From: Candidatus Poribacteria bacterium
GTDB taxonomy: Bacteria > Poribacteria > WGA-4E > WGA-3G
Reading direction: 5' to 3'
Length of the DNA stretch: 64,000 nt
Assembly (NCBI GenBank): GCA_963665235.2
Contig: CAXXLX010000002.1
Coordinates: 64,001 to 128,000, forward strand
The translations under genes were made by a program, and so were the position numbers. Each line of letters opens with the position of its first letter. Position 1 is the stretch's first letter. Positions 41,352 to 49,917 of the stretch are shown here, in pieces. Under the pieces are notes generated by a model. That model made no database searches, was not told the origin of the DNA, and saw only the letters and a list, made by a program, of their open reading frames with translations.

Positions 41352-44108
41352 ATGCTTTTTTTCAAGAGAATGACAATTCTATTCTGCCTTATCCTCGTCG
41401 GCAGTCCTGTCTATGCAAACACAAACACGTTTCTATTCAAAAAAACCTTCGGATTTTGGCTCCAGGACCCTGTTATTTGGAGTGTACCTGTACCATCAAC
41501 GAACCCGCATGAGCCAGCATATTATAAGGGGACTGTCAGTGAAATCTTCATTGTGAATGCGCCTGAACGTCTCTGGGTCTCCATTCGTAAATCCGACATA
41601 CAAACTGGCGGGAGTATCCGTTTACTACCCCTTGGCAATGCGTTGAACAATGTCACAGAGAGCACCGCCGCGAATCAGGACCTCGTTATCGAGGCAAAGG
41701 ATAACAGTAACCAGTGGGTGGCAGTCGGAAATGAGGATGAAGATAGTTTTATCCTCATTGAGAACGCCCACACTTTACCAACGGCCAAAGATAACCCTGG
41801 ACGCATAATCCTTCGTGTATCGCTCGACACAATAAGCAGGGATTTGACACCAATGGCAACAGGACTTTCCGTGCGTATTCACAAACCTGATGGTTTTGTC
41901 GCACATAGCGCGGCACATTGGATACGTTACACAGTCTCACAATCCGTTTTTGATAGAGATGCGGATGGCGATGTAGACCAAGCCGATGTAGATGCGGGTG
42001 CCTTGGATTTTGACGAAGATGGCAATACAGATGATCCACAAGATAGAACTTTGCACCAGGGGGCACGGGATGCATACGGCACACCGCGCGCCGTGGGGAC
42101 AATTCCCGCTCAGTTATTGACAAAGCCTGAGAATCAGGGGAAGACCGCCACGATTGATGTGAGTCCTTACTTCAGGGACCCCGAGAGCAATACCTTGACC
42201 TACACCGCAAGCTCCTCGGATACCACGATAGCGACAGTGAGTGTGTCTAGTGCCACACTAACGCTCACCGCAGGGGCAAGCGGAACCGCAACCATAACCG
42301 TGACAGCAACAGACCCCGACAGTTTGAGCACTACCCAGACATTTTCTGTCAAGACCGAAGTGATAGTAGCACCAGCACCCACTGCTCTGAAGCGCGACGA
42401 CGGGTACCACGGTGCTACCTATTTTCCAATAAGGTGGACAGCACCTAGCACGTTGCGAATGGTCACAGGGTATGATGTCCAGTACCGTGTGAAAGGGACA
42501 TCCGATTTCACAGATGCCGGCCACACAGGGACAGAGAGCACTTTTCGGGTCAGTGGATTGACACCGGAAACTACCTATCAAGTTCGCGTCCGGGCACGCC
42601 TCACGAATGATTTCAGTTCCTGGTCAAGTCTTTTGGAAGTTTCAACAAGGGTTAGGCCGCCTACCAATGTAACTGTATCCGATATAAGCAATGTCCCTGG
42701 TACGGCAGACTGGAGAGCTACGATAAGTTGGACAGCACCGAGGAGCAACAGCAACATTATCAAGTACAGGGTGATTTACACTGGGGGGGGCACCACGGCG
42801 CTCGTTGAACCCACAACCACGAGTGTTACCTTAACAGGGTTGACGGCGAGCACTTCTTATTCTGGCAACATAGCAGCAGTAGTAGGCTCTAACAGCGATG
42901 ACTATGGTGAAACTGTTACTTTCCAATTCCAGACGGTACAATCTGGAACCGCGGATGCTATATCAGAACTCAGCAGTCAAGAACTCTCACAATTGGTTAC
43001 CTTGTTCACTTACGACACGCTTATCTTCAACGAACTGCACAACGGGTCTGACGATGCAAACGACTGGTTGGAGCTCCGAAATGTCAGTGATGCTGACCTC
43101 CCGTTAGACGATTGGGAACTCACCATCCGGACAGCGGATAGTAATGTCGTTGCGCCGTTCCCCACAGGCACGGCTATCCCCGCAGGTGAAGTTCTTTTAC
43201 TCACGAACACAGAGATGGCATCAGCAGATGATATGTCTGTGTTATCTGTCGTTTCTGAAGCATTTGTGTTGCCACAGGAAGATTTTGCCTTAATTCTGCG
43301 AAGTCCGACAGTGTTAGGGGACCTTGCAGGGAATTACGTCCAAGGCGAACCCCTATCAACAACCCCTCCGCTCACTGTGGATAAGGTGTGGGAACGAACG
43401 CAGCCAATCGTTTTTGGCTATCGTTCCGAGGCGTGGGCAGTGAGCACATACCAAAATGGACTCGGCTCCCCAGGCTATCATCCTCTGGCTCCATCAACGG
43501 ATGTCAATAACGATGGTCTTGTGAACATTTTTGACTTGGTGTTAGTCGCCTCACAGTTCGGGACAACAAGCACAACCGCCGATCTGAATAGGGACGGCAC
43601 CGTCAACATAGCGGATTTGGCTTTAGTTGCCGGTGCGTTAGGTTCTGCTATTGGCGCACCGACAGCAAATCAGTCCGATGCAGCGGTCGTCAACACTTGG
43701 CTCAAACTTGCACGTGAAAACGCCGCAAACGTCGTTAAATCCTCCATTCCGGAAGGATTTTCCTACGAACGCGGGATTCAGGTGCTTGAAGACTTAGCAC
43801 GCGCATTGACACCAAATGCAACCGCGCTCTTGGCAAACTATCCGAACCCGTTCAATCCAGAGACATGGATACCGTATCAGTTGTCAAAAGCAGCAGATGT
43901 CACAATAACCATCTATGCCTCAGATGGCAACCTTGTTCGGACGTTAGCAATAGGGCATCGAGATGTGGGCATGTATAAAACCCGCAGTCAAGCCGCGTAT
44001 TGGGATGGCAAAAACGAAATGGGTGAGTCCGTAGCGAGCGGTGTATATTTCTATACGCTCACGGCAGGCGATTTTTCTGCCACGCGCAAGATGCTCATCC
44101 TCAAATAA
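41352..44108 (+). CDS. Surface protein paralog 11: signal peptide + unknown head + EF-hand-like Asp repeats + 1 Ig + 2 FN3 + constant cassette
   Basis: AAGGAG RBS; intact counterpart of the frameshifted paralog 2; DRDADGDVDQAD and DFDEDGNTD motifs. Confidence 0.93.
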   Translation: MLFFKRMTILFCLILVGSPVYANTNTFLFKKTFGFWLQDPVIWSVPVPSTNPHEPAYYKGTVSEIFIVNAPERLWVSIRKSDIQTGGSIRLLPLGNALNNVTESTAANQDLVIEAKDNSNQWVAVGNEDEDSFILIENAHTLPTAKDNPGRIILRVSLDTISRDLTPMATGLSVRIHKPDGFVAHSAAHWIRYTVSQSVFDRDADGDVDQADVDAGALDFDEDGNTDDPQDRTLHQGARDAYGTPRAVGTIPAQLLTKPENQGKTATIDVSPYFRDPESNTLTYTASSSDTTIATVSVSSATLTLTAGASGTATITVTATDPDSLSTTQTFSVKTEVIVAPAPTALKRDDGYHGATYFPIRWTAPSTLRMVTGYDVQYRVKGTSDFTDAGHTGTESTFRVSGLTPETTYQVRVRARLTNDFSSWSSLLEVSTRVRPPTNVTVSDISNVPGTADWRATISWTAPRSNSNIIKYRVIYTGGGTTALVEPTTTSVTLTGLTASTSYSGNIAAVVGSNSDDYGETVTFQFQTVQSGTADAISELSSQELSQLVTLFTYDTLIFNELHNGSDDANDWLELRNVSDADLPLDDWELTIRTADSNVVAPFPTGTAIPAGEVLLLTNTEMASADDMSVLSVVSEAFVLPQEDFALILRSPTVLGDLAGNYVQGEPLSTTPPLTVDKVWERTQPIVFGYRSEAWAVSTYQNGLGSPGYHPLAPSTDVNNDGLVNIFDLVLVASQFGTTSTTADLNRDGTVNIADLALVAGALGSAIGAPTANQSDAAVVNTWLKLARENAANVVKSSIPEGFSYERGIQVLEDLARALTPNATALLANYPNPFNPETWIPYQLSKAADVTITIYASDGNLVRTLAIGHRDVGMYKTRSQAAYWDGKNEMGESVASGVYFYTLTAGDFSATRKMLILK

Positions 44109-44249
44109 CGTGCTTTAGGACTTCCGCCTTCCCCCCGCTTAAGAGCGGGCTGCTTGCCCGAATACTGGGGGGATAAAGGGGGGGTAAACAGCGATAAATA
44201 ATGTTTAATCGGCGAGGTTTTGACACCTCGCCACAACCTATTATCTTTT

Positions 44250-44817
44250 GTATCACAAACTTCCCAGTTTGTATCTTTTGTAGCATAAACTTCGAGTTTG
44301 TGCGGGCATTTTTGTAGCATAAACTTTCGAGTTTGTGCGGGCATTTTTGTAGCATAAACTTTCGAGTTTGTGCGGGCATTTTTGTAGCATAAACTTCGAG
44401 TTTGTGCGGGCATTTTTGTAGCATAAACTTCGAGTTTGTGCGGGCATTTTTGTAGCATAAACTTCGAGTTTGTGCGGGCATTTTTGTAGCATAAACTTCG
44501 AGTTTGTGCGGGCATTTTTGTAGCATAAACTTCGAGTTTGTGCGGGCATTTTTGTAGCATAAACTTCGAGTTTGTGCGGTGTATTTTGTAGCATAAACTT
44601 TCGAGTTTGTGCGGGCATTTTTGTAGCATAAACTTCGAGTTTGTGCGGTGTATTTTGTAGCATAAACTTCGAGTTTGTGCGGTGTATTTTGTAGCATAAA
44701 CTTTCGAGTTTGTGCGGGCATTTTTGTAGCATAAACTTCGAGTTTGTGCGGTGTATTTTGTAGCATAAACTTCGAGTTTGTGCGGTGTATTTTGTAGCAT
44801 AAACTTCCAGTTTGTGC
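44250..44817 (+). repeat. Tandem array: 16 x 34-35 bp (GTAGCATAAACTT(T)CGAGTTTGTGC + GGGCATTTTT or GGTGTATTTT) plus one degenerate leading unit
   Basis: Units run from 44280 to 44794, with two loop variants and two linker variants interspersed. Confidence 0.95.
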
Positions 44818-44861
44818 GGGGTGTAAAGTTTTTGGCATAGAGGCCCAAACTTTTGTTCTCT

Positions 44862-44941
44862 TTAGTCCCATAGGGACGCTATATTTATAGACAAGCGTTG
44901 CCTCGCCTCTCTTTAGTCCCATAGGGACGATATATTTATAG
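44862..44941 (+). repeat. Two copies of the TTAGTCCC(A/G)TAGGGACG.TATATTTATAG palindrome family
   Basis: GTCCC/GGGAC stem; three more copies plus two TTAGCCCAGTATGGGCG variants lie at ~56375-56612. Confidence 0.75.
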
Positions 44942-44990
44942 ATTGAAAAAAAGCACATGCTTAATCACAAAACCTTAAGGAGAAAATGAA

Positions 44991-47900
44991 ATGTTAAAAA
45001 GATTGACAAAAACAAACATATTTCTAATTCTGCTCTTGGCAGTTTCCGTTTACATATCAGGAATTGCCGAGGCGAACAACGCACCGGTCGTCTCAACTAC
45101 AATTCCCGATCAGACGGTGCACGTTGGCGGAAGTAGTATCACAATTTCCATAGGCTCGTACTTCAGCGATCCCGATGGCGATGCGTTGATAATCGCGCAG
45201 GTTGCCGTAGATAGCGGCCCCGGGCCCTCAGAAAAATTACGAACTGTTACCAGCCTGACCTCTGTAGAGCTAAAACCCATAGCCGCAGGGACAGCAACCG
45301 TAAGGATCACAGTGAAAGACCCTGGGGGTTTAACTGCTGAGCAATCCTTCGGCGTTAAAATAAACCAAGCTCCCGCGGCAAGCGGCACCATTCCCGGCAG
45401 CACAATAGAGGTCGGTGGGACTGGCTATAGTGTGAATGTGAGTAATTATTTCACCGATGCCAATAACGATACCTTAACCTACACGGCCGCCTCCTCCGAT
45501 ACCGCCATAGCAACGGTGAGTGTATCAGAATCCACGGTAACCGTCACGGGGGTAGCCGCGGGGAGTCCCACGATAACTGTCACAGCCACAGATACCAGCA
45601 ACACAACCGCAACCCAGACCTTCTCTGTGACCGTCAAGTACAAAGGCACCCCTACCGCTGTAGGGACAATTGCCAATCAGAATATGAATAGGGATTTTGA
45701 TCCTATCACAGTTGACGTGAGTTCCAACTTCAGCGACCCCGATGGCGATACCTTGACATACACCGCTACCTCCTCCGATACCACTAAAGTGACAGTGAGT
45801 GTATCGAGTGCCACGCTTACCCTCACCCAATTAGCAACCGGCACCGTGACGATAACTGTCACAGCGACTGACCCCGGTGGGCTGAGCGTGAACCAGACCT
45901 TCTCTGTGACGGTGAGCCAACCCACCCAGCCGAGGACTGTCGGATCAATCCCCAATCACACGTTGAAAATTGGCAAAACACTTGTCATCGAAGCGAGGCA
46001 GTACTTCAACGATCCGGATGGTTCGTTCCGTTATACGAATAGTGTATCTAGCTCCGGACCCACCGTAGGCTCCAGCATTTCGGGGACACTAGCAACCTAT
46101 AATGCCGTGGGGGGAACAGGGAACGTGACGGCTACTATCATAGCGAGTGGGAAAGGGCCAACGCTTCCGGTACCGCATGCCATACAGACCTTCACCATAA
46201 CGATAGTCCAAGCCAACCGAGCACCCAGCACAGTAGGCACAATTTCAGATCAATCCTTGATTCTGGGGACGAGTAGTGACCCCACAATCGATGTGAGTAG
46301 CTACTTCAGTGATGCCGATGGGGATACCTTGACTTACACCGCTACCTCCTCTGATACCGCCGCGGTCACTGTCAGCTTGTCGGATACAACGCTTACCGTC
46401 ACCCCTGTGGCTGCGGGGGGAACCACCACCATAACCGTCACAGCCACAGACACCAGCAGCACAACCGCAACCCAGACCTTCTCTGTCGGTGTCAAAGGGC
46501 CCCCGGTCACTGTGGGCACAATTCCCCTGCAAAAGTTGGAAGTCGGCGGGGCTTCTATCAGCTTTCACGTGTTTGATCTTTACTTCGATGAACCAGATGG
46601 CAATATGACCGGTAGTGGCATGAGCCATCCTAACACCGCTGTCGCTACAATCGGGATTAATCCCTTTAACAACCACTTGCTAACTATCAACCCGGTAGGA
46701 AAGGGCACCGATAGCGTCCGAATCACAATGATAGACCCGGAAGGCACCGCCACACAGCAGCTTAACGTTAGGGTGTACAGCGGGCCCGTCCCTAACGGTA
46801 CAATTCCGAATGTTTCCGTAAATGTCGGTGGAAGCAGCACAGATGTCGACGTGAGTGCTTACTTCGACGCAAGTACTGGGAACACCTTAACCTATACAGC
46901 TGTCTCCTCTGATACAGGCAAAGCGACTGTGAGCATATCGGATGCAACGTTGACCGTCACACCCGTGGCAGCGGGGACTGCAACCATAACGGCAAGGGCA
47001 ATAGATTCCTCTGGTAAGTCTGCCACACAGACGTTCACTGCAACTGTCGTGCAACCCAACCAGAGCCCGGTCGCCGTGGGAACGATTCCTTCCGATCAGT
47101 CGATAAAAATTGGCGGGGCTGCTATCACAATTGATGTGAAACCCTACTTCAGTGACCCGGATGGCGATGCTTTGACATATCATCTGTGGCGAACGAGTGG
47201 CAGCGGGTCCATAATATTCTCCTTTGTAGACGGCGTGTTAACCGTAAATACCAACGGTTACCAAACAGGGACCCCGCAGTTTAGGGCCGTCGCCAGAGAT
47301 CCGGACAGTGCCTGGGCGGAACAGCGATTCTCCATAACAGTGAAGCCTGCAAACCGCGCACCCACCGCAAACGGCACCATTCCCAACAGCACTAAGAAGA
47401 TTGGGCACAGTGCATACAGTGTGGACCTGAGCAGCTACTTCACCGATGCGGATGAAGATACACTAACCTACTTGGCGGTTTCCTCTGATACCAGCAAAGC
47501 GACCGTGAGCCTATCGGATGCAACGTTAAGCGTTACGCCCGTGGCAGTCGGGACAGCAACAATAACCACAACGGCGACTGACCCGAATGGCACGTTTGCA
47601 ACACAGATCTTCACCATCACGGTGAAGCAGGCGAACCGCGCACCCGTAGCGAGTACGACAATTCCCGACCAAACAATAGAAAGGACATATAGCGGGTCTA
47701 ATCTTAAAACAAATGTCCATATAGGGCTTAGCGATAAATTCAGCGATGCGGATGGGGATGCGTTGACTTATACCGCTACCGTGGCAATTACGTCTGCTGG
47801 ATACTTCGTCCACGTCGACTTCCGTATGGGGGCAAGCACCCTAACCATCACTGCGCCTCAAGCAGACGTTGGGGGCTCAGGAACTACAACGGTAACCGTA

Positions 47901-49688
47901 ACGGCAACAGATACCGACAGCGAAAGCGTGAGCCAGACGTTCTCCGTTACCACGAGCAGACGACCAACCACGGTGGGCGCGATTACCGAGCCGTTCTCTG
48001 TGACGCGCGGGGGAACCAGTACTCTTACGAATGTACCCAGTTACTTCAGCGATCCTGACGGAGATACGCTCACCTACTCGGCGAGCTCCTCTGATACAAA
48101 CCAAATGAATGTCAGTGTATCGGGGAACAATCAGACGCTATCTCTATCAGGAACCACTCACGCGAATGTAACGATAACCTTAACGGCGACCGACCCCATC
48201 GGACTGACTGCCAGCCGTTCATTTAACGCAATTGTCGGAAGTCCACCGACAACTGTCGGAACAATCTCCAATATAAGCGCAAGAGTCGGGTGGGGTGCGG
48301 TCAACGTTAATGTCAGTTCCTACTTCAATGAGCCCGATGGAGACGCGTTAACCTACTCAGCGAGCTCCTCTAATACAAGTATAGCGAGTGTGGATGTGTC
48401 GGGGTCAACTGTCTCGGTTACGGCAAATAATGGAGGGGACGCTAGAATAACCGTCAAAGCCACGGATCCAGGCGGTTCGAGCGCAACCCAAACCTTTACT
48501 GCCAGTGTTCCCAACTACTTCATCGGTGAAGCAGACGCTATTCCGGGACTGAGCAGTGCGGAGCAACGGCTACTTGGACAGTTGCTCACTTATGATACCC
48601 TCATTTTCAACGAATTGTACAACAGCTCCAACGACACCAACGATTGGCTGGAACTCCGAAACGTCAGTAACGTCGATATCCCGCTCGATAACTGGAAGCT
48701 CACTATCCAGACAGGCGGTGGCAGTGTCATCATTCCGTTCCCCACGGGTACCGCTATTCCCACAGGTGAAGTGCTCTTACTTAAAAACACGGCGATGGCA
48801 TCAACAGATGCCGCACATATCGTTATTGACTCTTTCGCATTGCCACAATCGGATTTTGCGTTGATCCTGCGAAGCCCGACGGCATTCGGTGACCTTGCTG
48901 GCAATTACTTCCAAGATGCAAGTCAACGCCCGGAAACCGCACCTGAGTTTGCCTTAGGGATAGTGTATGACCGCGTGCAGACAACAGTCTCTGGGTATCG
49001 CGCCGAGGCGTGGGCAATGAGCACGTACCGAAACGGACTCGGTTCACCGGGTTATCAACCATCAGTCTTAGTGGGTGATGTCAATAACGATGGTGTCGTG
49101 AACATCTTAGACCTGGTGATGGTCGCATCAAAGTTCGGGACAACGGGACATACAGCAGCGGATCTGAATGGGGATAACACTGTAAACATTCAAGACCTGG
49201 TCCTGGTTGCGAATGCACTAAATGACATTAGTGCCGCGCCGACTCCAAACCAGTCCGCTGCCGCGGTCGTCAACAATTGGCTCAAACTTGCCCGTCAAAA
49301 CGAAGCAAACCTTGTTGCAACATCAATCCCGGAAGGTTTTTCATACCAGCGCGGTATTGAGGTACTTGAGCAGTTAGTCCGTGCGTTGACACCGGATACA
49401 ACCGCCTTATTGGCGAACTATCCGAACCCGTTCAATCCCGAAACATGGATACCGTATCAGTTGGCAAAAGCCGCCGATGTCACGGTAACGATATATGCGT
49501 CAGATGGCAACGTCGTTCGGACGTTAGCAATAGGGCATCGGGATGCGGGCATGTATAAAACCCGCAGCCAAGCCGTCTATTGGGATGGCAAAAATGCGTT
49601 CGGCGAGTCCGTAGCGAGTGGTGTGTATTTCTACACCCTCACCGCCGGTGACTTCTCCGCCACGCGCAAGATGCTCATCCTCAAATAA
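44991..49688 (+). CDS. Surface protein paralog 12: signal peptide + ~12 Ig-like repeats + constant cassette
   Basis: TAAGGAG RBS; MLKRLTKTNIF signal peptide; conserved repeats and tail. Confidence 0.93.
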   Translation: MLKRLTKTNIFLILLLAVSVYISGIAEANNAPVVSTTIPDQTVHVGGSSITISIGSYFSDPDGDALIIAQVAVDSGPGPSEKLRTVTSLTSVELKPIAAGTATVRITVKDPGGLTAEQSFGVKINQAPAASGTIPGSTIEVGGTGYSVNVSNYFTDANNDTLTYTAASSDTAIATVSVSESTVTVTGVAAGSPTITVTATDTSNTTATQTFSVTVKYKGTPTAVGTIANQNMNRDFDPITVDVSSNFSDPDGDTLTYTATSSDTTKVTVSVSSATLTLTQLATGTVTITVTATDPGGLSVNQTFSVTVSQPTQPRTVGSIPNHTLKIGKTLVIEARQYFNDPDGSFRYTNSVSSSGPTVGSSISGTLATYNAVGGTGNVTATIIASGKGPTLPVPHAIQTFTITIVQANRAPSTVGTISDQSLILGTSSDPTIDVSSYFSDADGDTLTYTATSSDTAAVTVSLSDTTLTVTPVAAGGTTTITVTATDTSSTTATQTFSVGVKGPPVTVGTIPLQKLEVGGASISFHVFDLYFDEPDGNMTGSGMSHPNTAVATIGINPFNNHLLTINPVGKGTDSVRITMIDPEGTATQQLNVRVYSGPVPNGTIPNVSVNVGGSSTDVDVSAYFDASTGNTLTYTAVSSDTGKATVSISDATLTVTPVAAGTATITARAIDSSGKSATQTFTATVVQPNQSPVAVGTIPSDQSIKIGGAAITIDVKPYFSDPDGDALTYHLWRTSGSGSIIFSFVDGVLTVNTNGYQTGTPQFRAVARDPDSAWAEQRFSITVKPANRAPTANGTIPNSTKKIGHSAYSVDLSSYFTDADEDTLTYLAVSSDTSKATVSLSDATLSVTPVAVGTATITTTATDPNGTFATQIFTITVKQANRAPVASTTIPDQTIERTYSGSNLKTNVHIGLSDKFSDADGDALTYTATVAITSAGYFVHVDFRMGASTLTITAPQADVGGSGTTTVTVTATDTDSESVSQTFSVTTSRRPTTVGAITEPFSVTRGGTSTLTNVPSYFSDPDGDTLTYSASSSDTNQMNVSVSGNNQTLSLSGTTHANVTITLTATDPIGLTASRSFNAIVGSPPTTVGTISNISARVGWGAVNVNVSSYFNEPDGDALTYSASSSNTSIASVDVSGSTVSVTANNGGDARITVKATDPGGSSATQTFTASVPNYFIGEADAIPGLSSAEQRLLGQLLTYDTLIFNELYNSSNDTNDWLELRNVSNVDIPLDNWKLTIQTGGGSVIIPFPTGTAIPTGEVLLLKNTAMASTDAAHIVIDSFALPQSDFALILRSPTAFGDLAGNYFQDASQRPETAPEFALGIVYDRVQTTVSGYRAEAWAMSTYRNGLGSPGYQPSVLVGDVNNDGVVNILDLVMVASKFGTTGHTAADLNGDNTVNIQDLVLVANALNDISAAPTPNQSAAAVVNNWLKLARQNEANLVATSIPEGFSYQRGIEVLEQLVRALTPDTTALLANYPNPFNPETWIPYQLAKAADVTVTIYASDGNVVRTLAIGHRDAGMYKTRSQAVYWDGKNAFGESVASGVYFYTLTAGDFSATRKMLILK

Positions 49689-49697
49689 CGTGCTTTA

Positions 49698-49848
49698 ATG
49701 CGAGTTTGAAAAAAGTTTTGACCTAGAGCGTTCTGTGGTAGTTTTAGCCAAAAACAGCACAAACTAGGAAGTTTATGCTACAATTATACCGCTTTTTTCG
49801 CGATGAAAAAGGTTTAGAGCAAACGGATATTTATTATCAAGCTCACGT
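49698..49848 (+). mobile_element. MITE family B, copy 2
   Basis: Near-identical to 19527-19676, flanked by a TTTA direct repeat, and located 10 bp after the paralog 12 stop. Confidence 0.8.
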
Positions 49849-49917
49849 TTTAATAGGCGAGGTTGTGAAACCTCGCCACAACCTTTTTTCTGGCACAAGG
49901 AGAATAAACAAACCATC

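Noticed and set aside
44051-44958. Repetitive ORFs (HKLEVYAT / TNWKFMLQ / QTGSLCY), also at 30761-31303, 40710-41255 and 57189-57546
   Set aside because: They are translations of non-coding tandem arrays, open in several frames at once, with mostly non-triplet unit lengths and no RBS.
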